From: Eledone cirrhosa
Taxonomy: Eukaryota
DNA: 64,000 nucleotides
Direction: 5' to 3'
NCBI GenBank assembly: GCA_964016885.1
Contig: OZ024742.1
Location: forward strand, 77,500,001 to 77,564,000
Part shown: positions 31,809 through 47,949 of the stretch, in pieces
Numbering within the stretch: position 1 is the first letter of the stretch
Layout of the letters: each line of letters starts with the position of its first letter
The notes under the pieces: model-generated
What the model was told of the DNA's origin: nothing
Seen by the model: the letters and a program-made list of their open reading frames with translations, nothing else
Databases searched by the model: none
Made by a program: the position numbers and the translations under genes

Positions 31809-31869
31809 TTATATATATATATATATATAAATATATTAGAAAACCGAAGTAAGGTTCTATACAAAACAG

Positions 31870-32337
31870 TTGATATTTAGAAAAGGTGAAGTTGAAAATA
31901 GCACCGAAAATATATTTAAGGGTCTCTTTTTCTTTTTTGAATCGTCAAAGTGACGTTTTTAAAAAAAGTTTTATAATGTATATAAAGTATATAATGTATT
32001 ACCGGTTTCGATGAATTGTTAAAATAAATTCATCTCATCAAATGTTGAGTATTTAAATAAAATTGAAAAATAACTAATAGGAGTTAAAAACTAAACATTT
32101 AAAATTAAAATCAAATGTTGGAGTAAATTTTCTTCCATCCTCCTTGCTCAAAATTGTGTGGTAAGAGAAGATATCAGTAGTTGTAGCTTCACAGCCTGTG
32201 TGTGTATATATCTGATTGTCTTAATTGACTGGTGAAGAGTTCAAAAGGGGATGTGGGATTGTAAGCTAGAGGTAAGTTCTGTGGTAGCAGCAGAAGTGTA
32301 GGAGAAATTCTATTATTGGAAAATGTGGTTTTAGGGA

Positions 32338-32423
<86 letters not shown>

Positions 32424-33013
32424 TATATATAACAATACACACATGTGTGTATGTGTGTTTTTCCAGTCTCTCTGTCACAGTCCCTTTAGCAATGTACACA
32501 TGTGTGTGTGGGGGGGCGGGGGGGGGGGGGTATGGTGCGTGTTTGTGTGTGTGTTTTTTCAGACTGTCTGTCACAGATGCCTTTGAGGTGGGAAATTAAG
32601 AAAATTATTTTCTTCAAAGTTCAGAAATTTGTCAAAATGCACATATGTGTGGGAGGAATGGGGTTGTGGTGTGTGTGTGTTTCAGCCTGTTTGTCACATA
32701 TCCCTTTGTAAATTAATTTAAAACTTTTTTCCAAAAATTCACAAAATGGTCAAGAACCAAAAATTATTTTGTGATGTGTGGGGCGGGGGGAATTTAATGG
32801 GGTGGTTACATATTTAGTTTTGGTTTAAATGTGTTAATAAATAGTTTTTCCTTATTTATTCTTTGTTAAAACAAAAAATTCTTAATTTGCCACCACTGTG
32901 ACATACAGGCTGACCCCCCCCCCCACACACACACACATGTGTGTATTGCTAAAGGGACTGTGACAGATAGACTGAAAAACACACACACACGTGTGTATTG
33001 TTATATATACACC

Positions 33014-33054
<41 letters not shown>

Positions 33055-33426
33055 CGCGGGTGTGTATGATTGTGTATACAGGATTATATTAATTAAAGGA
33101 ATTCCAACTTTGCCTGATTTACTCGTTTTATTTGCAATCCTTTAAAATTATAATGGTATTGGTCGAAATACAGTTTGCAAAACTTAGCATCCTGTAGCCA
33201 CTTTTCACTGTATATAACGCACACAATTTACCCATATCTGATTACAGTTGAAAATTGCAAACTTGACTGTCACCACAGAATATGACCCTGAAGATTGCGA
33301 AAGTATGAAAGTACTTGTTCAATTAACACTTAACATTTAATATTCTACCATACTATTTCATTCTAATATCATTATAATTTTAAAGGATTGCAAATAAAAC
33401 GAGTAAATCAGACAAAGTTGGAATTC

Positions 33427-33499
<73 letters not shown>

Positions 33500-33982
33500 T
33501 CCCTAAAACCACATTCCAATAATAGAATTTCTCCTACACTTCTGTTGCTTCCACAGAAATTACCTCTAGCTTACAATCCCACATCCCCTTTTGAACTCTT
33601 CACCAGTCAATTAAGACAATCAGATATATACACACACAGGCTGTGAAGATACAAATACTGACATTCTCTTACCACCAAATTTTGGGCAAGAAGGATGGAA
33701 GAAAATTTACTCCAACATTTGATTTTAATTTTAAATGTTTAGTTTTTAACTCCTATTAATTCTTTTTAATTTTTATTTCAATACTCAACATTTGATAAGA
33801 TGAATTTTACCAATACATCGAAACTGGTAATACATTATATACTTTATATACATTATAAAACTTTTTTTTAAAAAGAATTGTCCCTCTTATTTTTTTCAAT
33901 GATGTTATCTTTTTAATAATGTCACTTTGACGAATCAAAAAAGAAAAACAGACTTAAATATATTTTCGGTGCTATTTTCAAC

Positions 33983-33985
<3 letters not shown>
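31870..33985. repeat. Nested inverted repeats: outer ~480-bp arms, inner MITE-like element (32415-33012) and inner HHR element (33095-33430)
   Basis: 31870-32345 is the reverse complement of 33490-33985; 32420-32510 pairs with 32925-33012; 33095-33156 pairs with 33370-33430. Confidence 0.85.
33283..33321 (+). ncRNA. Minimal type I hammerhead ribozyme
   Basis: tgacc CTGAAGA t-tgc-gaaa-gta-t GAAA gtac TT gttca; one stem I mismatch. Confidence 0.65.
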
Positions 33986-33999
<14 letters not shown>

Positions 34000-34032
<33 letters not shown>

Positions 34033-36536
34033 GGAAGATGGGCATTGTTTGCTGTTCCGAACTTGCATGCTACACCGTTCATCCAATTTTCATGAAACCT
34101 CAGACATATATAAAACTCAACGCGTAGAGTGGAATAGGCTACTTGAAATTTTCGAAAAATCGATTATCGGGCCCTATGACAATGTTTTTCGATTCCAATG
34201 AAATTTTATGTGAATTCGAACACAGGAACTGTTAGTTTACATCTGGCGCAATAAAAATAAATTTCATATGCCCATATAAGGACGTGCGTTATTGATTGGA
34301 CGGCCAGCTGCATGTCTTCCCAGCTGTCTCAGTAAACCACCGACCATTAAAGAGTTTATCTTTTCATATTCCACCTTATTCAAGTGGAAATACAGTATTA
34401 TCCCTATCTGAAAAGGGAACCAAATTTAATGGTGTCTTTTGTGATGCTAAAAGCTGTGAGTAAATTTTCAAACAATCTTAAATAATCATGCTTTTTGAAA
34501 AAAAGAATTACTAAATAATACGTTGACCAAGTTGTATTGTACACATACAAAGTTGTAAAAAATGTTACGTCCGTACCAATGTTTTCCTTTTTTAAACAAA
34601 AGATTCTAAAAAATTACTTAATTTATAATACAGTCTTTTGCACAGGAAGTGAGTAACTTTTCGGGTGTTTAAACGTAAGTTCACCAGGGTTTGTGTCTTC
34701 ATTATTAGCCCACCTCTAATGGCATTTTTTGTTCTGCTTACGACTAAATGTTATGAGTGTATTTGCAATTAATTGCGCACACGTGCACACCTGCATGCAG
34801 ATAGACACTGACAGCCAATAAAAAATCGATAACTTGCTTATTAAGATATCGGTCAAAAAGAGAGATTGAATGTACTTTAGAACATTTTTTGAATATATTG
34901 TTCTTTTTGGCATGATATGTCAGAAATATAGCTACTATACACTTTGGTTATTTTTTGTAACTAAAAAACGGTTCCTTTTGGGTGGATACTTAACGAGAAA
35001 AATCCTAGGGTTTTGGACAAGTTTGTTTCAGGCGCTGTATAGACGCCTATTTTGTCACACCTTGGTCATGAATTCGTATTCTTTTCCAATAGATATTTTC
35101 CGCTCTATAAGACTCACCAGGATATAAGGCGTATCATTTAAAATCAGGTCCGCGCAACGGCGTGTAAGGCCAACCAGGAAAATGCTATCTTCTTTACTTT
35201 TAGTCTAGATCTATTACTTCTGTTAGAGCCGTGATTGATTACCATTGTATTATTTATACATAAGGCTCACCGGAGTATAAAGCGCAGAGCTGTTTTTTTA
35301 TTAAATTTAATTATTTTAAGTGCAATTTATAGACGGGAAAATTCGGTAAGTTATTGTAATCATATTTCCAAAACTTCCCATTCACCAGTAACCATGCTAA
35401 CGAATCTGATGTCATCTCGCTCTGTATTTAATCACCTCTCTCTAACCTAACAGGTTCGTTACACGTCGTTATGCCCACACGGAAACGTTCAAGACTTACC
35501 TCCAAAAAAGGTACAGCTACTGCTTTGAGACAACGAATTAGGCGTTCTCAGGTATGAGTTCATTCACAATTGATTAATCCTTTATGCAATATTCTCCCTT
35601 AATGTTAGCAAGTACTGCGTTTATCCTAACTGTCACCACTTTTAAGCAACTACAACATTCTAATCGTAGTTATATTATATTTATTGTCTTATCTTGATTC
35701 CCTTTTGTTCATGTTAGACTTTTCTCATTTACTATAGACACTGCCATTGGCTTAGCTAACCAGTAGAATTAATTAATTTTCTCTAGGAAACACCTGCTTA
35801 GCGCGAATCTCGACTCGCTGATAGACATCTTTCCCGGCTGGTTGAGTCACCAACATCACGTACGACAAGACTTGCTGATGTTCGCCTTCGTCGCCAACAA
35901 GCGCTGACGGAGGAATCACCAACATCCCGTCAGACGAGGCTTGAGGCTGTGGCAAAGAGCAATAACCCTAGATACAATTTTGATCAACTTTTTTTCACCT
36001 ATAGCAGATTTACCGAGACAGGTTTTAGCTACTCAAATCTACTTCAGAGATCACGCATTGATGTAAAAAATCAATAAAACTGAAGCGGGGCTCGACTTTG
36101 CGCAAAATAACAAGGCAAAGTCACACATGGGAAAACGTTTTACAGGAACGTCCTATATTCTTGAAAACTGTCACAAAAGACTCGCCATTATGCCGCGGTT
36201 AAGATAAAGGCCCTTTTAATTCTTCTTCTGCACATGTGAGCGCAAAAATTGTAAAAAAAAAAAAGCCCTGAAAAAAAATCGACATTTTCACCCTGCTTTA
36301 AATTAACTGAACTTTCAATATCAAGCGATTTTGACTTCCGTCAGTCGTGCAGAGAACAATTTCAACGATACACTGTGTAACTACAATTAATAAATTACAA
36401 ACCTGTGTCTACTAACCTATTTTTTTTTCATTGAAGTTCGAAGTTTTGAACCTGTGATGCGCGGGAAGTAACTTTCACACATTCTAACAGACCAAAGGTC
36501 GACTTACACCCGGGCACCGCCGGGTACTTCAGGCAG
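34000..36536 (+). mobile_element. Probable non-autonomous Helitron
   Basis: 5' TC-(TA)n-AAA start; 3' GC hairpin acccgg/ccgggt (36508-36525) followed ~10 nt later by GCAG-T (consensus CTRR-T). The 5' boundary is uncertain. Confidence 0.5.
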
Positions 36537-36640
36537 TATATATATAAGCAAAAGGGATATTTAATTTGTTGGTAATTCAACAAATATGTATATCTATAAC
36601 TGATTCGAAGCACTTGACAAGTTTTCTGGAGTATAATGTC

Positions 36641-36678
<38 letters not shown>

Positions 36679-38256
36679 AAATGTTGTTTTCGCTCAGATA
36701 TTAATAAATTCATGATATTATATGATTTGAACTGACAATCTACTGATACTGCCAATCCAATCAGGAAATTATTGATATTCTGTTTGTTTATGAGTAAACA
36801 GCTTCATAAAAAGCATCTATCACCTGGTAGATGACAACCTCATCCTTTTATCCCCTGCGGTATCTGGTAGAAAACAATTGCCAATTGATAAAATTTGTTT
36901 TCGCTCTTAAGGTGGTAGATACATAAATGTATCAAATCCCTGAGTTCAAATCCCACTAAGGTTAAACTTTGCCTTTTATCCTTACAGGGTCGATAACATA
37001 AAGTACTAGTAACGTACTGGGATAATTGCTGGCCTTGTACCAAAAGTAGAAACAATTATTTAATATTAGTATTATTAACTCACGAATACATTTAAATATC
37101 TACTAGATCGGAAGGCTTTGGTCAAATAGGCGCTATAATAGAGAACATATATACAATGTGACAGTGTGGGTTTGAATCAGAAAGAACGAGGTTGCGAACT
37201 AAACACCTTATCTAGAAAACCATAATTATATATTGCTACATGACTTTACGTTGCATTGCCTACATTTATTTTTGAGAATTTGTGTGATTGTTTCATATAC
37301 AAAAACTATTTTTTGTCACTTAGAAAGAAGCCATTATAATTTTGAGTTCGATTAATTAAATTATGTTTGTCAATGAGTATCTTTGATACTCTGAACAATA
37401 TACTTTCAACAATGTGATTAATGATAGCTAGAATGTCGGTCGATATAATTGATTTCTTTTCAAAAGTGTTTGATTAATATTGTGGATTATCTACATTTAG
37501 TGAGACATCAAGGAAATTCCCAAATATAATGGTCTTAACATTAAAGGCATTCAGTCCATGTTATTTCATTAGAAAAAAAAAAGATATAAAATACTTTTCA
37601 TTCTCCCCATTCATTTGAATCAGAAGCGTCTCACGTATATTGGGCAATCCTTTCATCTTTAGCCAACATGTTCTTTAATTTAGAAACTAGTAATGATGAT
37701 ACAAATTACTTACCGCAGTGGAATCATATGAAACCATAATAAAATAAAACCTCTTTCCACAATCTTAAAAATACAAAATGCACTATTGCAGTGTGAGATC
37801 ATTCTGTGGACGAGCCTGACAATTCCAATCTCATTTTCATTCGTCTTAGTAATGCACCTCCAAATTGTAAGATGAATACATTTCTGGATCATGGATGTCA
37901 CAATGCTTTAAATGTGCGTTTGGACTCTCATGGCATGATTGATGTTCGAACGCAATATTGATGATTTTTAATAATTTCCTACGATAAAAGGTTTCAGCTC
38001 GGCAGTTTGTGTCTTAATTGTTTGATATAGCAGTAAATATATGTACTTGTGTAGTAATTTCATGTAGTGCCATTTAGTCAACTTTCCTACAAAGCATCGC
38101 AACTGAGATAAATATATTATGCGGTCGATTTCATTCGATAAGTTTTTTTCTTTCTTTTTTGATAGATTTAACGAGGAATATGTGTATGTGTTTATACATA
38201 TACATATATACGCACACACGTACACACACACAGCCACACACACAGATATATATCTA

Positions 38257-38295
<39 letters not shown>

Positions 38296-40386
38296 GCATG
38301 TATAGGTGTATGTATGTGTGTGTGCGTGTATGTATGCATGTAATTATGCATGTATATGCTAAAATCCAACACAAAAACACGAAGGAACAATACAGTGCAA
38401 TGATTATGTATATTAATTTAACGATTGGTATAGAACAAGAATTATATTAACGTTTCGGGTGTTAGTTCTTCATTCGTAGATTGTATAAGAGATATATGAA
38501 GAAAAGGGTAAGAGAGTGTAATAAAGGAAAGCACATGTGTATTTAATCAACCATTGTGGATAAGTGTCACTTAGATATAAAAGACGTTAGATATATCTCA
38601 TCAGCCATGTTTTTATTAGCTATCATATCTATTTATTGATCAATGTAACGAACAACTACATATTGAGCAGTATCTAAGAAAAACAAAACACATTATTAAA
38701 GAGAAGTGTAAGAGAAAAAGAAAAAAGAAAACAAAAGAAGGAAGGATGACGCAACAAAGCAAGAGTGATGTGGGACAGGAATTACACAGCTTTCTGAGAA
38801 ATAGCTCAGCGGCGTTGCGCTGATAATGTGGCAAAAGTGTTACCACGGAAAATGTCGAGAGACACCTGCTGCAACAGCCCTCCCCAGATACACACATACA
38901 CACCATTCAGGACTCCCTTTTCAAAAGGACCGCCGTGCTTCTAAATCTAGAGTGGAATTTAGCAGTGAGGGGTGGAAAGAAGCCAGAGGTCTCAACGGGG
39001 ACCGTTGCCAAGTGGATTTAGTCGGTCAGTTCCGGTATTTGACTAAGGTAAGATAATCATCATATATCCCGTGTTAATGTTTGTGTAGGCGATGCGAATA
39101 ATGTAGGTGTATTTTGTCTGTACAAACCTTAAGATTTTGAAGATCGTTATGTGCGATGGGCTTGAAATTCGACTGGCTATGATGGCGCGCACTTGAGGCA
39201 ATCAGCGTAGGGTCTGACAGTAGATGGCATGTTAGATGAGGATGTTGGCGAATATGTGAACTCTATTGTCCTTCCAATGCACATATGTAAGCACAGTTAA
39301 ATACATGTAATTGTGTGTACACATAGAATGGAGGCGATGCTAATGTGGTCCACAAAAAGAAGGAGGTGTCACATGTATTACAAGCACCGAAAGTGATACA
39401 GCAAGGATCATCTAAGTCGCTACGACAGGACAAAGACAAACCACCAAATTCAGAACGATGTGGTCCCCTGCAAGAGAAGAGGGATAGAGCCAGGAGGGGT
39501 GGGAGTGGGGGTGGGGGTTGGGAGGTGGAATTAATATTGGGAAACAGTTTCAGCCGACGGAGACAAGTTTACAGTCAAAGCAATGCCGCACGAATGTGAA
39601 CGCTCTCAAGATATATTTAATTGTGTCTGTGTATGTATATGAGTATATATTTCTGTATCTGTGTATATATATGACACGAAATGTAATGTATTTAATGGAA
39701 ATATAGTCATGTGTTAAATAGTCAATAGTTTGAAAGGAAATAAGATAAAATAAATACAAAAACTGAATTTCTTAAAGAACAAGCCACTGTATATGCAAAA
39801 GACGTTAAATAAAAATGAAATAAAATTAAAAAAAATACTAGACAGATATGGAACTATGGGCAAAATAAAACACATTGATTTCTATCACATCCGTTCCACG
39901 TATTATCAATAGATTTTGTTTTTGTCTCTCTCAGTAAAATGCATCACATTTGTGAGATTTTTATCTAATTCAAATCACAAGATCAGTTTTAGTTAGAAGT
40001 AATTTTGTTGTGTATTTTATTCTTTAATAAATACTAGACGCAATGATATATTTATGTCTGTGGTGAAGTACGATGACAAAAAGATACAGATGAATATAAA
40101 AAAATATATAGAGATTGGGTAGATTTATACATAGGTGTGTGTGATGAGAGAGAGAAAGAAAGAAAGAAAGAAAGAAACAAACAAACAAACAAAAAAGAGA
40201 GAAAAAAAGACAGAAAAAATGATAGTTGGAGAGATAGATAGTTTGATTGATAGAATTATATGACTGTGTATTCGTCAAAGTAAATCCTAATCGCTTGGTG
40301 GATTTTTCTATACTGAATGTTAAGATAATCAAACAAAAATATGTCTATGAAATCTTATAGCGTAAATATACATTTCTTTTACAGCA

Positions 40387-40446
<60 letters not shown>

Positions 40447-40477
40447 TATATAAATAAATATATATAAATATATATAA

Positions 40478-40516
<39 letters not shown>

Positions 40517-40659
40517 AAACGAAGGAATTGTGGTAAGGAACCAGATGGAGCATAATGCACCAGATTACTCAATACTTAGGGTAGTAGAGTGGTTAATAGG
40601 AACAAGTATGAATCCGACGGCAGCGCTCAAGCCGTTTCGACGTCGGGGTCATACTTTTT

Positions 40660-40714
<55 letters not shown>

Positions 40715-41220
40715 GGGGGGGGGGGCGTTTTAGCGTTTTTATTTGTGTTAAGGCATATTTATATGTATGGTTTATAGTAATATCTTGTGTTTAAGTTAGT
40801 GCTTTTGCCGTAGAGTCTTTGGCAGATATTTGATGCTGATAGAATCACTGAAAAATGATATTATATGTATTGATTTGTATCGTTTTACTTACATTTTTAC
40901 CAGTAAATGAAGTTTGGTGACGGCAATAGAAAATATCCCTTATTTCCGTCTTTTCGAGTTTTGCAAAATATTTATAGGTAATTCTTTTCTTAACTACTTT
41001 ATAGTTAGTTTGTGTTATTCGTCTAATTGTACTTACTTTTATTTACTGTGAATAGCATTTTGTAATTTATTCATAAGATGAAGATGTGTCAATGAAAATT
41101 TGAATTAAGGATTATAAAATGCAAAAATGTGATTCATATTATATATATATGTGTGAACGCGAAAGAAAGAAAGTGAATGGGAGTCTGTGTGTGTGTAGTT
41201 ATATATATATATATATATAA

Positions 41221-41302
<82 letters not shown>

Positions 41303-42239
41303 ATATTCTTCTGGTTTTATTAATTGAGGAATTTTTGCCAATAGAGAAGGGCCGGTTTCAAACATAGAAGCAACACGTTCTTTGGAGTTTACACATCAAC
41401 TAGGTAAACATGTATGTAATTATGTTTGGGTTTGCGTGTGCGCTTGCAGATATCGCTTATATTTCATGCGTGGATCTGTATGGTTTGAGTTATATGTGAA
41501 TAGGAGCATCTATGTTTGTATATGTACATGTGTATATACAGTTATTACATGCTGAATTTTGTAAATGTTTTACATATTTTTCAGAGATCTAGTAATGAAC
41601 AGTACTTTCAACTTCCAAAGTAGTCGTGCTCTTTCTGATTCTTTGAAGCTCAGTATCACAAGATTTCTACTAAGGTATATGCCAGAGCCAAAGGCATAAT
41701 CTCTGACTTCACATTATTTCAGTATAAGTGTTCTCCTTGTCGCTAATCTTTAGAATTATATTGACATATGATGGGCAGCCCATTTTCACTTCTGTGCTTC
41801 ATTCTTTTACTCTGTCACATATCAGTATGTCTGGTCTGTAATATTTGTTTCATTTTATTGGGGTTTTGTCTGAAATTTTTCACCAGTACTCTTTCATATT
41901 ATGTATGCATACACATTTCATATCATTGAATTTGTATATGTTTATTTTTGGGACAATCCATTCTACGATTTCCATATCTATCTCTTTTTTACATCAGGCA
42001 TTAAATTAGTAATTCCTGTTCTTGGATTGTTAAAGCATATCATTCAAAATCAGAGTCAATACAATGGTTTTGGGTTCACTATAAACTAATTTGAATATCT
42101 CTATTATTCTCATTTTGAAGATTTTTGGCAGCATTTTTATTTTTATAGATAAGCATGTAGCTTTCCATTCCGATATAGCTGTGCAATGTACTTGGGTGCG
42201 AGTTTTTGATTAGCATGCAGAGGATATTTCTCAACGAGC

Positions 42240-43760
42240 TCCTCCGCATTTCTCAGAATGTCATGTGTCTCAAGCAGATAGACTTATTCTATGGATGGCC
42301 TACTACGCTTGTTGGTTCGTAGATGTTGTATGAAGGACATGATGGGACACTCAAATTCTATTTTGATTGATGTTTAACCCCTGCCACCCTCTTTACGTTT
42401 TAGGTAAAGGTGGTCTATGTTACAGTTCAGGTCGAAATTTCCGGTGCCCGTTAGAACTTTTCGGATCTTCTCTAGCTTTCAGTAGTTAAAATGTTGGTGT
42501 CAACACAGGCTCAGCAAGCAGATTGTGGGCTACTGATTTCTTGTGAGCAATGAATTCCGAAGACAATATCTTTCTTATTCGGGAGTTATACACACCATTT
42601 ACTCGTTCCTTGTTACAGATTCCATTATAGGTTAGGTTTCCATCTATCCCGATGTATCTGTAACAATCCTCGTCAGATACCGGTGAAACAATCAGGTCAT
42701 TGATAAAGATATTGCTAGATAGAATTGTAATGACAGTACAGATGTCATCACAGAGAAATAGCTTCAACGGATAATATTGTCCCACTTCATTGTTTAACTT
42801 CAAGATAATGACCGATGAATAGTATCTGAGACAGCAATTGGAAGAGCCTCTAACATCCAAGGGTGAATACGGAATTGAATGCGTTCCTGTAGTATAACCA
42901 GACTGTAACCAAGTTCTTCCTTTCTTCCTTTGTTGACGAACCTCTGACATTGCCGTTTTGTTAATTAGGGGTTGCCGAACACACATCCAATCTAATTTCG
43001 TACTAGCTGCTTGTTCATTTGTGATGGCTTTATTAGTGTCACAGTGACCGGGGGGATATGCACACACAGGCAGTATATATTTAATACGTTAGTTTCTGGT
43101 AGGCAATAGGTTGTTAGTTTGGGGTCAAACTGATATGCTTGTTTTGGTGTCCAATATTGTTTCTGCTAACGTCAACCACCCTGAGAGCTTGCCAGCAGAG
43201 GTTGATAATATACATCCGATAGAAAGTATTTTGTTGGTACCAATAACCATCAATCAAATCTGTTTCTGGTACTTTCGTATGTTTTTACTATGGCAGTCTC
43301 ATGGGAATCACAATTGATGCTATATATTTATACTGCAATAGTTTGTTCCGATCGCTTTCTATCACACTGCATCTAAGTTGGACTTCTATTCCTCAGGCAA
43401 TATTTTTCTCCAGCTGGATTCTATTTCATTTTGGGATGGTGCATCAGTGACGTTTTTGTCTATATAGACTGATATTTGGTTCCGGCTTGTATTAACCGTT
43501 TTCCTTTCAGACAGTCTCTTCTTATATCGAAGGTTCTCAATTGTTGTTTGAGGGCCATCAGGTTGTACTGAAGCGTTCTACTTATACTGTCTCTAGGCAT
43601 CATTTTAATTTTATTTTTCATTCTTTGTTGGTGAAGGGTGCAGTTTTTGTTTCGATCTTTCTTACATGTGATAAGCATTGTCACATGGCGGATAGCTATT
43701 CGTACGTCAACGATCTTTTATTTTTCTAGTCTTGAAATATACGATGGCTTTGTTTGTGTT
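42240..43760 (-). mobile_element. R4/Dong-like non-LTR retrotransposon fragments, decayed and rearranged
   Basis: YRYIGIDGNLTYNG..NKERV...Y.SRIRKILSSE....K..AHNLLAEPVLTPTF (RT C-terminal region). Confidence 0.7.
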
Positions 43761-45255
43761 GTTTATGTCTGCTAACATGTCTATTATCTCCAAAAGAATG
43801 TTTCACTGCCGTTGCCAGGGCATATAGATATACAATAATTTGCAAAAATGCAGTAAATATTCAACTTTGGATTTACAGTTGGACATAGTACTCATCATCT
43901 ATTTAATGAATAATCTCCTACGCTATATATGCTACTGCTCGCGTCAAAGGTTATATATATATAGACATGTATGTATCTCTCTATATATGTGTATGTATGT
44001 AGACATGTATGTGTGCACACGTATGTGTATGTGTGTTGGTATACGCAGGAACACTACTTCAAGCAATTCATATTGAATAGAGCTATGTTTTTGCTGCTTT
44101 TCGTTCTCGTATTAATGTTTTTTATATGTATATATTAATATGTTAATTTTAGCTTTAAAAATACCGTTCTTGAATCCATTATATTTTCACGACATTTTTG
44201 GCCCCATTCTGTAAATAAAAAGCTGCTTGAGTCACTTTCTAATCGCGTTTTATAATATGCAATAATATATAATAATAATTGTTGCTACTTTTGGCACAAG
44301 GCCAGAAATTACCCAGTACATTACTGGTACTTTATTTTATCGACCCCGTAAGGATGAAAGGCAAAGTTAACCTCGGCGAGATATAATAATAATGATTTGC
44401 AACTGGTAAACTCTCCATCACCGAGTTTAAAATATCCTCTTTATGTGCTGTTAAAGGTCACTCGGTTGATATATTCAAATAGCAGTAGCGGCATCTATAC
44501 TACATGTGATAAATTATTGTTTAAAACGGGAACTTCGCTATTATGCTGTCATATACGTTACAATAAGCAGCATGCACTTAATTTTAGTCAAAGCATGCAC
44601 TTAATTATAATCAAAACATGAGGCGAAATATAGTTAAGATAATTTCCGATGAAGAAGTTCACTTAATGTAAATGAACAAAGTATTACTTAGACGATGGTG
44701 AAAATGATAGGCAAGCTGGTGCTTTGAACTCTTGAATTCTTTCTTCGTGTGCATTTACAAAAAAAAGCTTCTCGCTTTTCTCGTATAGCTTTTCAAACGT
44801 TAGTAAAACTGGTGGGATTTGGCTGTTTTTCTCTTTCAACTTTACTATCATAGTGCAGTAGCACGAATTCCATTTGAGTATCCAGATATGAGTGTTGTGT
44901 TATATGTCTTGGTTGAATGATACCAGTGACAAGATAACAGATGATTCATAGAGAAAAGAGCGGTGATATCTAAATGGGAATTAACCGACCTTACTTGACT
45001 CTATGTATTTAATGATATGCAATCACTTTTATAGCAATTTTATTTGAATAGCTACGTAAACGCCTGTAATGCAGAATAGATTGTTATGGCCGTTCTCACG
45101 AGAACAATCTGTAGTAGAATCGAACACATATAGTTTGATAACTTGACACTATCTGTAATGTGTGAGCACGTATGCATATTATATATATATATATATATAA
45201 TGGTCTGTGTATACGAGCATGCGCGTATGTAACCATGCATTCATATTTATACACA

Positions 45256-45308
<53 letters not shown>

Positions 45309-46788
45309 TGTGTGTTTGTGTACGTCTGTGTCCGTGCGCGTGAGTATGTATATGCGGTGAGTCATACTAGGATGAACCGTTAATGAGGTGTTACAAGTGA
45401 GGCACTGTAACTTTGGAAAATACACATTACTTTCACTGATTGATAGGCTAACTAATCAGTTGAAGTTTATTTCTGAATCTGTTTTCCTTAATTGACAAAA
45501 CGTCAATGTAGCGGAGAATTTATATAGATTGAAATAGCCGTAAGTTTGCCTATGTTACTTATCTTATTAGCTGTGATGTCTAAAAAATCATATTCAAATT
45601 CTGCTTATATTGAAATAAGTTTTAATTAGATAGCAATCTGTTATTTGAGAATGTCACTGTGTATATTAGACACAAATACTTTCTTTCTAGACACAATGAT
45701 ATAAACATTATAATTTACGAAACCCCTCAAAAAAACAAAAAACAACGATTGATATTTTGAGCCAATGAGGAATTGAGAACAAGGTGGGTACACCTGCTAG
45801 AAATATCAGCCAATTTTAATCAAATCAACTACATGCCATCTTAAAACTAGAATGCTACATATAAAAATGTAATATTAGATATACAAAAATACGAATAAGT
45901 CATGGCTGGAATCCCATTAACACGAGATTTGATCGATTTGGTTTTATTTCAATTAAAACAACAATACAACATTCAAAAATGAAATTATTAACAAACATCA
46001 TTTTCAGGCACGAATATGGACATTTTAGAAAATATATGATAAAAAATTAATATAAAGTAAAGACACAGTCCGTCAAAATTAAAAGAAAAGCAGTTTTAAA
46101 TAATAATACTTTTTTATGGGAAAATTAGCATTTTGTACAAAATAAAAGGAATTGTGCAGGAGCAATAAAAACACATATAAACGTAACTATGAGAAAAATT
46201 CGTTTTACCGAAAGATAAAAGATTGAAAATCGATTGGAGGTCTGTTAGAATTATTATTTAACCGAAACAGAACTTCTCTTTGTTTGACATTATATTACTT
46301 ATTTCTTAGTCACTCAGATCTCACAGAAACATCCTTTGTGACATTTGGAACTATTATCAAATCTGTGTTGGCCATTCTACCGGATAATCGTGACAACATT
46401 CTTGGAGTTATTCCTTCCGTATTGCACTGTAAAATACTTCTAAACGAGTAGAGAAAAAAATGTAATCAATGCATAGAGAATAGAATACATAAAGTAAATA
46501 TAGAATACATAATGTTTATAATCTTTTCTCTAATAATATCATATCTATTGTTGTTTTAACATTCTTAAATATTCCAGTTCCAGAAGCTTCCGTTTTCTTT
46601 TCCGTAACATCTCAGTATTGTGTCAGTCATCGTCTGTTTACCAAAATGTGTGTAGTGAAATATTTCTACACATATTTATCTTTTTTATTTTATACTACCC
46701 CCTATTTCTTTCTCATTCACTCCATCTCTGTCATTGCATCGGTCACGTATATATCTTTCAACGTCACACTCTCTCTCTCTATGTATCT

Positions 46789-46943
<155 letters not shown>

Positions 46944-47884
46944 TATACATATATTTCAGATATTTGCTCAATTATCTTCATAACCTTTGGATTATTCTAT
47001 TGACATCCGGCTTTTTATTGAGTTAATGTTTTTTGCCTTACTATTTAGTTAATATTTTAGTACATTTCTTCATTTAATATCAAACCTCTCTATTTTCTAT
47101 TTTGCTTATGCTGCTATGGTTAACTAACAAAAATAGGCCGTATATCAAACGAAGGAATCGTATGTATGTATTCAGCCGCTGGCAGGTTATCTAGTTAATA
47201 CTAAAAGTCTGTGATTGCTTGCTTGCTTGTATGTAATGTAATACAGCCAAAAGGGCGCATAATCGGAAATACTTTGAAAGGAAGTTGAACATGAAATGGG
47301 AATACAAATGGAATAAAAGAATTTTCGCGTAAATCAAGGCACTAGTTCCCGAGATATGGGGTTTTTCCGGGTACTTTCTTAAACACAGAGAGAGAAAGAT
47401 AGAGAGAAAGAGATAGTGGCTGTGAGAGAGTAGATTGAAAGAGGGACATAGAGAGAGGGAGATGAGACAGGAAAGTAGAATGGAAGAGGGAGAGAGCTTA
47501 TTGTGTTGTTGTGTATATATATATATATAGAGAGAGAGAGAAAATAATTTTAACAACTAAATAATCGTAAATATACGTACCATTAGTAGATATATACATA
47601 AAATGTATTCCCCCGTATTAACGTTACATGAGTTCTATTCATCCTCTTGTTAATTTATTCTCTCTATCTCTCTCGTAATATTAATATTTGTTCTCACTCT
47701 CTTTCTTTTCTCTCTTTCTCCAGTGTCATTTAAATAAACGGTTGTTTTTCAATTATTTACATATTCATTTGCATATTCACACATAAGTTTGAATAATCCC
47801 CAATATATTTCCACTATCAAGTGAATTCCCAACCGATAAGGTATGATTTTCATGGGTACGTCTCTATTTATAAAACTAAGTTTG

Positions 47885-47949
47885 TATTTTATCTGATGAA
47901 AGCGTACCAAAGTTGTCTTGGTTGCCCTTGAAATATATGTAATAAAATA
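47885..47949 (+). ncRNA. pLTR hammerhead ribozyme
   Basis: tattttat CTGATGA aagcgtacc...ggttgccctt GAAA tatatg TA ataaaata. The 3' pLTR copy (~51716-51770) is mutated (CTGATAA plus a deletion). Confidence 0.8.

Noticed and set aside
38560-38862. Two HHR-like motifs (minus ~38560-38610, plus ~38815-38862)
   Set aside because: Each lacks a core half or stem I.
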